Shown: piece by piece, positions 45,285-56,062 of the stretch
Position numbering within the stretch: position 1 is the first letter of the stretch
How the letters are laid out: every line of letters begins with the position of its first letter
Notes under the pieces: model-generated
What the model was told of the DNA's origin: nothing
What the model saw: only the letters and a program-made list of their open reading frames with translations
The model's database searches: none
DNA from: Alphaproteobacteria bacterium
Lineage (GTDB): Bacteria; Pseudomonadota; Alphaproteobacteria; TMED109
Reading direction: 5' to 3'
NCBI GenBank assembly: GCA_029243935.1
Contig: JAQWRB010000031.1
Location: 1-63,421 of the forward strand
Length of the DNA stretch: 63,421 bases
Position numbers and translations under genes: made by a program

Positions 45285-46659
45285 TAACGTAATTATTTAT
45301 TTCTATTTTTAACATTTTTAAAGTTTTATTTAATAAATTTTTATTAGACGCCTCACCCATTATTCTTAATTTATTTTCAGTTCCAGAGGCTCTTAAAATT
45401 ATTCTACTATTTTTCCCTAGTAAATTTTCTGCGTATTTTATTTTTTTAATTATAAATGGGTCTGTTTCTCTATATTTAAATTTAGTTATATTATAATCAA
45501 TGCTTTCTATTGATTGAGGTAATAAAGAAAAAATATTTGATATCTCCGAAGCTTTTTTATTCTTTTCAATCATAGTAGCAATTACTTGAAGAGAAGCCAC
45601 TAAACCATCTCCAGTACTTCCATGCTCTCCAAGAATAATATGACCAGATTGTTCTCCTCCAATATTACAATTGTTACTTTTCATTTTTTCCACTACATAT
45701 CTGTCACCTACATTTGTTCTTATTAATTTAATATTTTGTTTATTTAAATAAATTTCTAATCCCATATTTGTCATGTGTGTACCAACTATGGATTCTCCTA
45801 TAAGTAAGTTTTGGTCTAAATATCTTTTTGTTATTAATCCTATTATTTTATCTCCATGAATAAAGGCACCTTTTTCATCACAAATTATGCAACGATCTGC
45901 ATCACCATCAAGGGCAATACCTATGTCAGCTTTATGTTTTTTTACAATGTCAGACATAAGTTTTGGATTAGTTGAACCACATTTATGATTGATATTGGTG
46001 CCATCTGGATTACAACCTATAGGCACAACTTCTGCACCTAATTCCCATAAAGCTCGAGGTGCAACCTGGTAAGCAGCACCATTAGCACAATCAATTACTA
46101 TCTTTAGTTTTTTTAGTGATAGTTCGCGAGGAAAAGTTGATTTTACAAATTCTAGATACCTTCCTCCTGCATCCTCTATTCTTTTTGCTCTTCCTAATTT
46201 TGCTGAATCTACTAAATTAGATTGGCTATTTTTATCCATTAGGGCCTCTATTTTAAGTTCATTTTTATCGCTTAATTTTTCTCCATTTGGTCCAAATAGT
46301 TTTATTCCATTATCTTCATAGGAATTATGTGAAGCTGATATCATTACACCTACATCACATCTCATGGACCTTGTAAGCATAGAGATAGCTGGTGTAGGCA
46401 TAGGACCAACTAAAAATACATTCATACCCATGGATATAAATCCTGCTGTCAATGAAGGTTCAATTAAATAGCCAGATAGTCTTGTATCTTTGCCTATTAC
46501 TACAGTATGTATATGTTTTCCTCTAGTAAAATATTTACCGGCAGCCATTCCTACTTTTAAAGCTGTTTCTCCTGTCATAGGGTGCATATTTGCCCTACCT
46601 CTAATACCATCAGTTCCAAAATATTTTCTTATTTTATTTTTAGATTTATTTTTAATCAT
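45277..46659 (-). CDS. glmM: phosphoglucosamine mutase
   Basis: RKYFGTDGIRG and active-site loop SASHNSYEDNGIK. The track ORF extends to 46686; internal Met 46659 fits the family N-terminus and removes the overlap with folP. Confidence 0.93.
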   Translation of the reverse strand: MIKNKSKNKIRKYFGTDGIRGRANMHPMTGETALKVGMAAGKYFTRGKHIHTVVIGKDTRLSGYLIEPSLTAGFISMGMNVFLVGPMPTPAISMLTRSMRCDVGVMISASHNSYEDNGIKLFGPNGEKLSDKNELKIEALMDKNSQSNLVDSAKLGRAKRIEDAGGRYLEFVKSTFPRELSLKKLKIVIDCANGAAYQVAPRALWELGAEVVPIGCNPDGTNINHKCGSTNPKLMSDIVKKHKADIGIALDGDADRCIICDEKGAFIHGDKIIGLITKRYLDQNLLIGESIVGTHMTNMGLEIYLNKQNIKLIRTNVGDRYVVEKMKSNNCNIGGEQSGHIILGEHGSTGDGLVASLQVIATMIEKNKKASEISNIFSLLPQSIESIDYNITKFKYRETDPFIIKKIKYAENLLGKNSRIILRASGTENKLRIMGEASNKNLLNKTLKMLKIEINNYVND

Positions 46660-46670
46660 ATTTTCTTCAA

Positions 46671-47729
46671 TTATATTTGATTCCAAATAGTTAAAGCTTG
46701 CTTGGTTTCTTTTACATCATGGACTCTTAAAAATTTAACACCTTTAACCACCGAAGCTATAGCAAGAGAAATAGATCCAGGCAATCTCTCTGATGGTTTT
46801 GTTTTTGTAATTCTTCCTATTATAGACTTTCTAGATGCTCCTATCAATATATGAGATTTTAAAGAATGCAATAAGGCTAAGTCTCTTAACATTTTTAAAT
46901 TATGTTGATCATTTTTTCCAAAACCTATCCCTGGGTCAATTAATATATTTTTTTCTTTTATACCTTTCTTAATAGCATATATTTTTTTTTCTTCTAGATA
47001 TTTTACAATATCAAAAGATACATTCTTATATAGTGGCTTTTTTTGCATATTATTGGGTACACCTTGCATATGCATTATTATTAGGCCTACATTATTTTTG
47101 GATATTATTTTTGCTGCATTCTTATCATTAAGTGCTGAAATATCGTTTATTATAGTAGCCCCTGCATCTATTGCCGCTTGCATAGTAGAAGAGTTTCTAG
47201 TGTCACATGATATAGGTATATTATGCTTAGAGAGTTCTTTTATAACAGGTATTATTCTTCTCTGTTCTTCTTCTAAACTAACTTTTATAGCTCCAGGTCT
47301 GGTTGATTCTCCTCCAACATCAATTATACTTGCACCATCTTCATACATTGCTATAGCTTTTTTTATTGCTTTTGTGTTGTTAGAAGTATTAATGGAATTT
47401 TGATAAAAACTATCAGGTGTAAGGTTTAGAATTCCCATAATATGAACTTTTTTATTTTTTAAACCTAAAAACGTTTTAGGTTTATAGGAGTATATTTTTA
47501 GAAATTCATTTATATCATGCTTATTCAGATATTTAGTATTCCATGATTCTTGTTTTTTAACAGAATATAAAATAGGAATATTATTTAATGTTTTATTAGA
47601 ACATTGAATTTCAAATTTAAGGAATCCTATATCTTTCCCTGCTAATGGAAGAGCATTGCCTTCAGAGATTAAGTATTTAGCTTCATTCCCAAATACTAAG
47701 TTTCTTGGTATAATAAAAAATTTATTCAC
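46671..47729 (-). CDS. folP: dihydropteroate synthase with about 90-aa N-terminal extension
   Basis: IMGILNLTPDSFY, DVGGESTRPGA, DPGIGFGK pterin-binding motifs. 352 aa versus about 280 typical. Confidence 0.9.
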   Translation of the reverse strand: MNKFFIIPRNLVFGNEAKYLISEGNALPLAGKDIGFLKFEIQCSNKTLNNIPILYSVKKQESWNTKYLNKHDINEFLKIYSYKPKTFLGLKNKKVHIMGILNLTPDSFYQNSINTSNNTKAIKKAIAMYEDGASIIDVGGESTRPGAIKVSLEEEQRRIIPVIKELSKHNIPISCDTRNSSTMQAAIDAGATIINDISALNDKNAAKIISKNNVGLIIMHMQGVPNNMQKKPLYKNVSFDIVKYLEEKKIYAIKKGIKEKNILIDPGIGFGKNDQHNLKMLRDLALLHSLKSHILIGASRKSIIGRITKTKPSERLPGSISLAIASVVKGVKFLRVHDVKETKQALTIWNQI

Positions 47730-47751
47730 AATACAATATATTTAAAATTAC

Positions 47752-47934
47752 TTATGTTTCATTAGGACGTGGGTTTTTAATATCTTGGTTTTTAATGGGT
47801 TTATTAATTTCAGGGTCAATAGAAGTATTCTCCGGATTTGTATTGGCTCTATTTACCTCTTTTCCAGATAAAATATTACTAATATCTTCTGCAGATAAGG
47901 TTTCGTATTCCAGCAATCCTTTAGCTATTTTATG
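47752..47934 (-). other. ftsH: in-frame 60-codon continuation of ftsH beyond the TGA (conserved FtsH C-terminal segment)
   Basis: My translation is HKIAKGLLEYETLSAEDISNILSGKEVNRAN...NET-TAA. The LLEYETL segment is the conserved FtsH C-terminal helix. Confidence 0.7.
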
Positions 47935-49659
47935 TCAATCATCAATTTTCTTTGATATAATTTTTCTAGAAGTATTTTCTCCAATTTCAACTAATATTCT
48001 CACTTCTTCATCTATTATCCTTGCTGTTTCATCAGATATATTCCTTTGTTGCGCAACTGAGTGTCCTAAAAAAACTTCTTCTTGATTAGGTTCATATCTT
48101 AAAGGACCTAATTTATCTGAAAAACCAAATTCCATAACCATTTTTCTAGCTAAATTTGTTGCCTGTTGAATATCATTACCTGCCCCAGTAGTAATATTTT
48201 TTTTGCCATATATTAATTCTTCAGCAATTCTTCCCCCAAACATTGAGGCAATCAATGCTTCTAACTCTAATCTAGTTTGTGAAAGTTTATCTCTTTCTGG
48301 AAGCCACATAGTAACACCTAATGCCCTTCCTCTAGGTATTATAGTGACTTTATGGAGGGGCTCATGACCTTCTACATTTAGCATAACTAAAGCATGTCCT
48401 GCTTCATGATATGCAGTCATTTTTTTTTCATCTTCAGTCATTACCATTGAACGTCTTTCTGCACCCATCATGACTTTGTCCTTAGCTTGTTCTAGTTCAA
48501 TCATGCCTACACTTAATTTATTCTTTCTCGCAGATAGTAAGGCAGCTTCATTGACTAGGTTTGCTAAATCTGCTCCAGAAAACCCTGGTGTTCCCCTCGC
48601 TATAATTCTTGGGTCAACATTTTTTGCAATAGATACCTTCTTCATATGAACTTTTAATATTTTTTCTCGACCTAATATATCAGGGTTTGGCACTACAACT
48701 TGTCTATCAAATCTCCCGGGTCTTAGTAGGGCAGGGTCAAGAACATCAGGCCTATTTGTAGCAGCAATTAATATTACTCCTTCATTTGTTTCAAAACCAT
48801 CCATTTCAACCAATAGTTGGTTTAATGTTTGCTCTCTTTCATCATTTCCTCCTCCTAAACCAGCACCTCTGTGTCTTCCAACAGCATCAATTTCATCTAT
48901 AAATATAATACACGGTGCATTTTTTTTTCCTTGTTCAAACATATCACTTACTCTACTTGCTCCTACACCCACAAACATTTCAACAAAATCTGACCCAGAT
49001 ATTGTAAAAAAAGGAACATTAGCTTCTCCTGCTACAGCTCTAGCTAGTAATGTTTTTCCTGTACCTGGAGGACCCACTAATAAAACACCTTTTGGAATTT
49101 TTCCTCCTAATTTTTGAAACTTTTTTGGGTTTTTTAGAAATTCTATAATTTCTTCTAACTCATCCTTAGCTTCATCTACTCCTGCTACATCTGCAAATGT
49201 TACAATACCGTGCTTCTCTGTTAGTAGTTTTGCTTTTGATTTTCCAAAACCCATTGCACCACCTTTTCCACCTTGCATCTGCCTCATAAAAAATATCCAG
49301 ACGCCTATGAATAGAAGCATTGGTAACCAGTTTAAAAGCATACCTATTATGGGTGATACACTTTCTTCAAGCGGCGCTGCTGTTACTTTTACACCACTTT
49401 CAGTTAGTTTTGTAATTAGTTCAGGGTCATTAGGAGCATAAGTTGCAAAAGATTCTCCTGATTGAAAATGCCCTAATATATTATTCTCTTTAATTGTTAC
49501 ATCATTAATATTATTTAACTTAACTTGAGAAAGAAATTCAGAATAGGGTAATGTTATATCTTTAGTTTGCGTTGTTTTGTCCTGAAATAAATTAAATACA
49601 GCTAATAAAAAAATAACTATTATAGCCCAAGCAACTAAATTTTTTCCCATTTTATTCAA
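47935..49659 (-). CDS. ftsH: ATP-dependent zinc metalloprotease FtsH (ORF ends at an in-frame TGA)
   Basis: Two N-terminal TM helices, GPPGTGKT Walker A, SRH, HEAGHA zinc site. The ORF is 574 aa, about 60 aa short of the family norm. Confidence 0.95.
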   Translation of the reverse strand: MNKMGKNLVAWAIIVIFLLAVFNLFQDKTTQTKDITLPYSEFLSQVKLNNINDVTIKENNILGHFQSGESFATYAPNDPELITKLTESGVKVTAAPLEESVSPIIGMLLNWLPMLLFIGVWIFFMRQMQGGKGGAMGFGKSKAKLLTEKHGIVTFADVAGVDEAKDELEEIIEFLKNPKKFQKLGGKIPKGVLLVGPPGTGKTLLARAVAGEANVPFFTISGSDFVEMFVGVGASRVSDMFEQGKKNAPCIIFIDEIDAVGRHRGAGLGGGNDEREQTLNQLLVEMDGFETNEGVILIAATNRPDVLDPALLRPGRFDRQVVVPNPDILGREKILKVHMKKVSIAKNVDPRIIARGTPGFSGADLANLVNEAALLSARKNKLSVGMIELEQAKDKVMMGAERRSMVMTEDEKKMTAYHEAGHALVMLNVEGHEPLHKVTIIPRGRALGVTMWLPERDKLSQTRLELEALIASMFGGRIAEELIYGKKNITTGAGNDIQQATNLARKMVMEFGFSDKLGPLRYEPNQEEVFLGHSVAQQRNISDETARIIDEEVRILVEIGENTSRKIISKKIDD

Positions 49660-49674
49660 AGCATCTCTCCAATT

Positions 49675-50985
49675 TTAATATATACTTACATTTTCATATT
49701 TTTTTAATAATTCATGTTCTACGTGAGTTATTTTTATATTGTTTTTCCAAAAATTACTCTTCCAGTATAATAGATGGGGTATTGATACTATTTCTTCAAG
49801 TACTCTAATAGTTGGAATTGTTTTTATAGCATTAAAATTTATACTAGGTTTTTGAATTTTATTCAATTTAATCATTAACAAATAATCTTTTTCTCCCAAA
49901 GGGCCAATAGTGATTTTTTTATTTTTTGTATTATTACAAACAATAAATCTTCTATCCCATAAATTTTTATCACTTATCAAAGTCTGTGCTTTTAATGAGT
50001 TGTCTATTTGTCTAGACATCAATATAGAATCTTTATTGATTATTATATAAACTCCTCCTACAGTAGTATTTTTGTTTTCTAAACTAATTATTTTCTTAAT
50101 TACTCCATTTATTATAGAGCTTTTTCTTGGATATTTTTTTCCACCAACTATTTTAATTAAATTATTTAATAATGATTTTTGGAAAATATTAGGTAATTTT
50201 TTAAAATTATCTAATGACATTTTACAAATACCTGTTTCATTAAATTTAATACTATCCTTCATATAGTTATATATAATTTTATATGTAGCTAATTTTAATT
50301 TGCCAAAAAGAGCTACACTGTGATTAAAGTTTTCAAAAACATCACTTTCTTGAAGTAATTTTCGTATCTTAGTCCGAGAATATTTCATATCTAAATTTGA
50401 AGGGTCTTCTATCCAAGAAATATTATTATTTTTACATATTTCAATTAGTGTTTTTTTTCTAGTATTAATTAATGGTCTGATTAGGTTTATTTGCCCATAA
50501 GAGGTGAGTATTTTATTTTTTTCTTGCATGCAGCTTAAACCATCTAAACCACTATTTGCTTCTAGTCTTATTATAAAAGTCTCAACTTGATCATCTGCAT
50601 GGTGCCCTAATAGTATGGAATTACATTCATACTTATTACATGCTTCACTTAATAAATTATAACGTGCTATTCTAGAAGATTCTTGTATTTTAGTATTAGG
50701 CTTTTCTTCCCTCCATACCAATGTATAGTGATCTATTCCTATATCTTGTATTAGCTTTTTAACATGTCTTGCTTCTTTAGCAGCCTCTTTTCTTAGTTGA
50801 TGGTCTACAGTAAAAGCAATAAGTTTATAATTATATTTATATTTGAATTTATTGGATATAATAGCTAAAGCTAGACTGTCTGCGCCTCCAGATACTGCTA
50901 TTGCAACATTTTTTCCTGTAAAAATATTTTTATTATTTTTTATAAACTTTTCAAAATTAATTGTTAATAAGTTTTTGTTTTCCAA
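49675..50985 (-). CDS. tilS: tRNA(Ile)-lysidine synthase
   Basis: PP-loop AVSGGADSLAL. 436 aa. Conserved position between cpoB and ftsH. Confidence 0.88.
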   Translation of the reverse strand: MENKNLLTINFEKFIKNNKNIFTGKNVAIAVSGGADSLALAIISNKFKYKYNYKLIAFTVDHQLRKEAAKEARHVKKLIQDIGIDHYTLVWREEKPNTKIQESSRIARYNLLSEACNKYECNSILLGHHADDQVETFIIRLEANSGLDGLSCMQEKNKILTSYGQINLIRPLINTRKKTLIEICKNNNISWIEDPSNLDMKYSRTKIRKLLQESDVFENFNHSVALFGKLKLATYKIIYNYMKDSIKFNETGICKMSLDNFKKLPNIFQKSLLNNLIKIVGGKKYPRKSSIINGVIKKIISLENKNTTVGGVYIIINKDSILMSRQIDNSLKAQTLISDKNLWDRRFIVCNNTKNKKITIGPLGEKDYLLMIKLNKIQKPSINFNAIKTIPTIRVLEEIVSIPHLLYWKSNFWKNNIKITHVEHELLKKYENVSIY

Positions 50986-50989
50986 TATT

Positions 50990-52042
50990 TTATTTACAGC
51001 CTAGTTTTTCTTTATAGGTTTTAGCTCTATTTGAAATTCTTGAAGGTGCATTTGGAAATTTTTCATCTAATTTTTTAAACGTTGCGCAAGCCTCTGTTGT
51101 TTTTTTTAGTGAATCTAAGGAAATTGCTAATTTAAATAGCTGGTCTGCAGCTTTAGAACCTTTAGGAAATTTTATATAGCCTTCTGCAAAAGTAGTTGCA
51201 GCCTTTTGATAAAATTGTCTTACATAAAATGTTTGTCCTAACCAGTAATAAGCATTACTAGTTAAATTATGATCTGGATAATCTTCAATAAATGTTTTAA
51301 AAGCTACTCTAGCTGCTTCAATATCACCTTTTGATAATATGCTGTATGCTCTTTGATAAATTTCTTCAGGGGTATTATTGGAAACAATAGAATTATCCTT
51401 TTGAATAGAAATTATTTTTTTTTCTGTAATTGTATCTAACTGAACTGGTTCAGTATTAATAGTTTCTTTAATAATCTCATCCTTGCCATTATCAGGGTTA
51501 ATTTTAGCTAATACTTTTACCGTAGATTCATTACTACCTTCGTCAATAATATCTGTTTCATTATTATCTTTCTTATTTGGCATCCCAGGATATATTGGAT
51601 ACTCTTCTATTACATCATTTTGAATACTTTCTTGCTCATTTATATTTTTTACCTGACTTATATTTTTGTTATTAATTAAATCTAATTTTGACTGTAAAAG
51701 AGAATTTTGTTGAGTTAATTTATCTATTTGTATTTTAAAGTAATTAAGTTCTTCAGTAAGACCTTCTATTAATCTAGACTTTTCTTCCAGCTGTAGAAAT
51801 TTTCTTTCAAGGTCAGCTATTCTATCTAAACTGACCGTATCTATATTATTATTTGTAGAGGTATCTGATGATGATTTTTCTTTACCTTGATATACTTTTC
51901 TTTCTAGATCATTTATTTTAGTTTTTAAACCATCAATAACATTATTAATACTTTCATTAGTGTCTTGAGCATATGGTTGTATAATAATTAAGGAGCTTGT
52001 AATTATGAAAAAAAATATAAAAACATAACATTTAAAAATCAT
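50990..52042 (-). CDS. cpoB: Tol-Pal system protein CpoB/YbgF
   Basis: Signal sequence, coiled-coil N-terminal part, C-terminal TPR region (AYYWLGQTFY..). Follows pal. Confidence 0.85.
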   Translation of the reverse strand: MIFKCYVFIFFFIITSSLIIIQPYAQDTNESINNVIDGLKTKINDLERKVYQGKEKSSSDTSTNNNIDTVSLDRIADLERKFLQLEEKSRLIEGLTEELNYFKIQIDKLTQQNSLLQSKLDLINNKNISQVKNINEQESIQNDVIEEYPIYPGMPNKKDNNETDIIDEGSNESTVKVLAKINPDNGKDEIIKETINTEPVQLDTITEKKIISIQKDNSIVSNNTPEEIYQRAYSILSKGDIEAARVAFKTFIEDYPDHNLTSNAYYWLGQTFYVRQFYQKAATTFAEGYIKFPKGSKAADQLFKLAISLDSLKKTTEACATFKKLDEKFPNAPSRISNRAKTYKEKLGCK

Positions 52043-52053
52043 TTTTTATGTCT

Positions 52054-52614
52054 CTAATTGCCATTTATAAATGTTACAGCAGTCCTATTTTGAGTCCATG
52101 CGTTCTCATCATGACCTTCAACTGTTGGTTTTTCTTTTCCATAAGAAATTACAGCAATCCTATTAGAGCTAATGCCAAGTGATATTAAATAATTCTTTAC
52201 TGCGGAGGCCCTTCTTTCACCTAGCGCTATATTGTATTCTCTAGTTCCTCTTTCATCACAGTGCCCTGTGATAGTTATATATATAGCAGGATTTCTAATT
52301 AAAAATTGGTATTGTTTTTGCAGAATATCTGCGCTTTCATCACTAATGGTAGATTCATCATATTCAAAGAAAACTCTATCACCTACCTCAATTAATTCAG
52401 AAGAAAGTTTTTCCTCCACTGTTAGCTCTACTTCATCCATTTTAATTGATTTAGCAGTATTATCTATGATTTCTATTTCTTCTGTTAAAGTAGTATTTTC
52501 TTGAGTATTTCCACCTTCCGCATCTAGTAGAAGGCTGTTTTTATCTTTATTGCTGCACCCTATAAAGTATGACAAAATTATAGTGATTATTAATATTTTA
52601 AAGTACTTTAACAT
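52054..52614 (-). CDS. pal: peptidoglycan-associated lipoprotein
   Basis: Lipobox LSYFIGCS and OmpA-like domain GHCDERGTREYNIALGERRA. Confidence 0.92.
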   Translation of the reverse strand: MLKYFKILIITIILSYFIGCSNKDKNSLLLDAEGGNTQENTTLTEEIEIIDNTAKSIKMDEVELTVEEKLSSELIEVGDRVFFEYDESTISDESADILQKQYQFLIRNPAIYITITGHCDERGTREYNIALGERRASAVKNYLISLGISSNRIAVISYGKEKPTVEGHDENAWTQNRTAVTFINGN

Positions 52615-52699
52615 TTATGCTCCTTAATAAAAAATATATAATTATACTATATTAATTTTTTGTTTATTACATTATAATAAATTATTTTTATTTATTAGT

Positions 52700-54073
52700 T
52701 TAATTTATATTTTTTGGGCTCCATGCAGGATCAGAGGCGTCTTCAGGAGTAATTAATTCTTTTTCTCTGTTACCTGTTATATCAATTATAAATAGTCTAG
52801 TTTTCATGCTTCCATCTTTTTGGGGGGTTTGTCTGAAAAAACTTAATACTCTTCCGCCTGGCGCCCAAGTAGGACCTTCTGTAAGGTATCCTTCTGCTAT
52901 TAATCTTTCTGCAGAACCATCAGGATGCATTAGGCCTATAAAAAATCTTCCTCTAGTAAATTTGGTAAATGCTATATAATCACCTCTTGGAGACCATACA
53001 GGAGTAGCATAACTTCCTCTTCCAAAACTAATTCTTATTGGATTTTTTCCATTTTTATCCATTATATAAAGATGTTGTCCGCCCGATCTATCAGAATTAA
53101 AAACAATTTTTTTTCCATCTGGAGAAAAAGAAGGAGAAGTGTCAATTGCCATACCTTTGGTGAGCTGTTTAGTTTTTCTATTTTTAAGATTCATGACATG
53201 AATATTTGTGGATCCATTTTGAGCTAAAGACATTATTAGGTCCAAACCATCTGGAGAAAATCTAGGAGAAAAGGACATACCAGGAAATTCCCCTAGTATT
53301 TCTATTTTTCCAGTCAGTAGATTATATAAATATACACTTGGCTTTATACCTCTATTTACGCCCCTGTATGAAAAAAATGTAATTTGTTGTTGAGTGGGGG
53401 AAAATCTTGGTGTTAATACTAATGAGTTTCCATCAGTCAAATATTGATGATTAGCTCCGTCTTGATCCATAATAGCAAGTCTTTTTATTCTATCTTTTTG
53501 TGCACCAGATTCTGAAACATATACTATTCGTGTATCAAAATACCCTTCTTCCCCTGTTAGTCTTTCATATATTTTATCTGATATAATATGTGATATCCTT
53601 CTCCAAGATTTTATTTTAGACGAAAGGGATATTCCAAACATTCTTTTTTCTCCATATATATCCCATAATTCAACGCTAACATTTATTTTATTACCCGATT
53701 TTTTTGATATTTTTCCTGTTATCAGTGCTTGAGCATCTATTATTCGCCAGTCTCTAAATTTTGGAGAAGAATTAAGCTGCTCTGGATTTTGCATATAGGC
53801 ATCTCTGTTTAATAATTTAAATAATCCTGAGTTTACCAAATTATTAGCAATTAAATTGGGAATATTATTTTGCAATTTTAATTTTTTTAAATCATTTTCT
53901 ATAGAAAAATATGATATTGCAATTGGCATTGCTTGAATATTTCCACCCATAATATCAATTTGAAGAGGTTCGTCTTGGGATAATACAATATTAGGCTGTA
54001 ATAAAAAAATAGAAGAAAAGAAAATATAGATTAGAAAAGTACATTTTAAAAAATGTCTTTTTATTTTATCCAT
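52700..54073 (-). CDS. tolB: Tol-Pal system beta-propeller protein TolB
   Basis: Signal peptide and repeated FSPDG/WSP propeller blades. 457 aa. Confidence 0.95.
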   Translation of the reverse strand: MDKIKRHFLKCTFLIYIFFSSIFLLQPNIVLSQDEPLQIDIMGGNIQAMPIAISYFSIENDLKKLKLQNNIPNLIANNLVNSGLFKLLNRDAYMQNPEQLNSSPKFRDWRIIDAQALITGKISKKSGNKINVSVELWDIYGEKRMFGISLSSKIKSWRRISHIISDKIYERLTGEEGYFDTRIVYVSESGAQKDRIKRLAIMDQDGANHQYLTDGNSLVLTPRFSPTQQQITFFSYRGVNRGIKPSVYLYNLLTGKIEILGEFPGMSFSPRFSPDGLDLIMSLAQNGSTNIHVMNLKNRKTKQLTKGMAIDTSPSFSPDGKKIVFNSDRSGGQHLYIMDKNGKNPIRISFGRGSYATPVWSPRGDYIAFTKFTRGRFFIGLMHPDGSAERLIAEGYLTEGPTWAPGGRVLSFFRQTPQKDGSMKTRLFIIDITGNREKELITPEDASDPAWSPKNIN

Positions 54074-54098
54074 CTACTTTCTCCATAATTTATTTTAT

Positions 54099-54914
54099 TT
54101 ATGTTTTGTAAGGTGTAAAGCGAATATCAATAATTTTCCAGTAGTTATATTCATCAAGAGGTAATTTAGTAAACTTCCTTAATTTTATAATAGCACGCTG
54201 TGCCGCTTCTACGTATGGTAAATAGGTTGGATCATCTTGAGCTTTCTTTAAGGAGCTTTTATCTATGATAGTTTTATTTATTATACCATCTGGTCCCACA
54301 TATATTCTTAGATTAACAGATATATCATTTAATACTTTTAAGTCTGGAGCAGGAGGTAAAGTATAGTTTTCATAAATTTGTTTATAAATTTTATCACCTA
54401 TAGATTTTGTAATATTTTTTATTTCTTCTCTATTTCTTTGAGGTTTAGTCTTGACTTTACTTTCAATTTTCTTGACAGGTTTTATTGGATTAGGATCATT
54501 TTCTGCTAGATTTTTTAACATATTATCAAAAAAATCATCATTTTTTTGTTTTTCAGGTTTTTTTATTGTTTTTTCAACTTTTTTTTCTTTTGGCATTATA
54601 ATTTTAGGTTTTTTTTGTGGTGGTTTAGGTTTGATATTTTCTTTTTTTGCTACCTCAATATTTTCTTTTCTAATTGGAATATTCAAAGGCTTTTGTTTGG
54701 GCGGTGGAGCTTTTATTTCAACTTTTTTAACCTCTTTAACCTTTTTTTTAATTTCAGTAGGTTTTTGAGATATTTTTTCTTCTTTAATTTCTTCGTTGAT
54801 AATTTCAACTGATATATAATCTATTTCTTTCGTTTTAATTTCTGGCAAGGTAATAGAGATAAAAATAAAAATTATCACATGCATGAATAAAGATGAATAG
54901 AAGGCTTTTTTCAA
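54099..54914 (-). CDS. tolA: TolA-like protein (TM anchor, Lys/Pro/Glu-rich linker, TonB/TolA C-terminal domain)
   Basis: N-terminal TM helix and low-complexity KPEKK linker. Position between tolR and tolB. Confidence 0.7.
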   Translation of the reverse strand: MKKAFYSSLFMHVIIFIFISITLPEIKTKEIDYISVEIINEEIKEEKISQKPTEIKKKVKEVKKVEIKAPPPKQKPLNIPIRKENIEVAKKENIKPKPPQKKPKIIMPKEKKVEKTIKKPEKQKNDDFFDNMLKNLAENDPNPIKPVKKIESKVKTKPQRNREEIKNITKSIGDKIYKQIYENYTLPPAPDLKVLNDISVNLRIYVGPDGIINKTIIDKSSLKKAQDDPTYLPYVEAAQRAIIKLRKFTKLPLDEYNYWKIIDIRFTPYKT

Positions 54915-54917
54915 TTT

Positions 54918-55343
54918 TTATTTTTCAATCTTTTGTTTTGTTAGAAGTGCTACCTTGTCATAGCCAGCATTTGTAATTAAACTCATTAATTCCATAACTT
55001 CACCATAGGGAAGTTCTGCATCTGCTCTAACAAAAATTCTAGATTGTTTTTTTAGCCCAGATATAGCGTTTAATTTTATTGTTAGTGTTTCTTCTTTAAT
55101 AAGATTGTCTCCAATAAAAATTTCTCTATTTTTATTAATTGTTATTGTTAATGGTTCATCCTGTCCTGGAAGAGTCTGAGATTCAGTAGTCGGCAAGTCT
55201 ACAGATACACCAGTAGTTAAAAGTGGCGCTGTTATCATAAAAATAATTAATAAAACAAGCATTACATCAACTAAAGGTGTGACATTAATTTCAGACATAG
55301 GTTTATTTTGAAAAGATTTATTACTTTTATTATTTATTTTCAT
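54918..55343 (-). CDS. tolR: TolR (ExbD/TolR family)
   Basis: [19 protein letters not shown] motif. 141 aa. 4-nt overlap with tolQ. Confidence 0.88.
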   Translation of the reverse strand: MKINNKSNKSFQNKPMSEINVTPLVDVMLVLLIIFMITAPLLTTGVSVDLPTTESQTLPGQDEPLTITINKNREIFIGDNLIKEETLTIKLNAISGLKKQSRIFVRADAELPYGEVMELMSLITNAGYDKVALLTKQKIEK

Positions 55344-56059
55344 TCTTTAGTACTCTGATCTGATAGGTGTCTTGAAAGTAATGATTCAAATTCACTAGCA
55401 AAATTTTGAAGTCTTAAGGCATACGTATTTAAATTATTAGATAGTTTGTTATATGCTATAACAGCTGGTATCGCAGCTACTAGTCCTAGTGCAGTAGCTA
55501 ATAAAGCTTCTGCTATCCCAGGTGCAACCACAGCAAGGGATGTGTCTTTACTTAAAGCTATTGATTGAAAGCTATTCATAATACCCCAGACTGTTCCAAA
55601 TAAACCAATAAAAGGAGCTGTGGATCCAACAGTTGCTAGAAAACCTATGTTTTTTTCTATATTTTCTAATTCCCTAATTACAGCTACATTCATAACCTGA
55701 TGAATTCTTTCTTGAAGACCAGCTTGAATTTTTTCATTTGATAAAGAGTTGCTATCACTAGCTCTGGTCCATTCGTACATTCCTGCAACAAATACAGTTG
55801 TTAATGGATGCTTAGGGTTTTCTTCTTCTTCTTTATATAATTTTTCTAGTGACTCTCCAGACCAAAAAGCTTCTTCAAATGTTTCTGCCTGTTTTTTTAA
55901 AATAAAAAATTTTTTTGTTTTTTCAATAATAATACTCCAAGACCATATACTTGCTATTAACAAAATAAGCATAACAATTTTAACAACTGTGTCAGCTTGA
56001 AGCACTAATCCCCAAAATGAAACATCTAGTGGCATCTCTGAAATTAATTCACTGTCCAT
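55340..56059 (-). CDS. tolQ: TolQ (MotA/TolQ/ExbB proton channel)
   Basis: Three TM segments and [20 protein letters not shown] motif. Confidence 0.92.
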   Translation of the reverse strand: MDSELISEMPLDVSFWGLVLQADTVVKIVMLILLIASIWSWSIIIEKTKKFFILKKQAETFEEAFWSGESLEKLYKEEEENPKHPLTTVFVAGMYEWTRASDSNSLSNEKIQAGLQERIHQVMNVAVIRELENIEKNIGFLATVGSTAPFIGLFGTVWGIMNSFQSIALSKDTSLAVVAPGIAEALLATALGLVAAIPAVIAYNKLSNNLNTYALRLQNFASEFESLLSRHLSDQSTKE

Positions 56060-56062
56060 TTA

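Noticed and set aside
45285-45400. Possible TPP (THI-box) riboswitch upstream of thiD
   Set aside because: The thiD start overlaps the glmM 3' end by 8 nt, leaving no leader region, and no THI-box-like CUGAGA element was seen.
47795-48085. Plus-strand 96-aa ORF in the track covering the gap after ftsH
   Set aside because: It is antisense to the in-frame ftsH C-terminal continuation and to the ftsH 3' end. Its low-complexity Ser/Ile/Leu composition is typical of shadow ORFs, and the minus-strand reading has clear FtsH homology.
54451-54812. Two overlapping plus-strand ORFs rich in Phe (FFFF..) opposite tolA
   Set aside because: They are the reverse-complement reading of the Lys/Glu/Pro (AAA/GAA-rich) TolA linker and are artefacts of low-complexity sequence.
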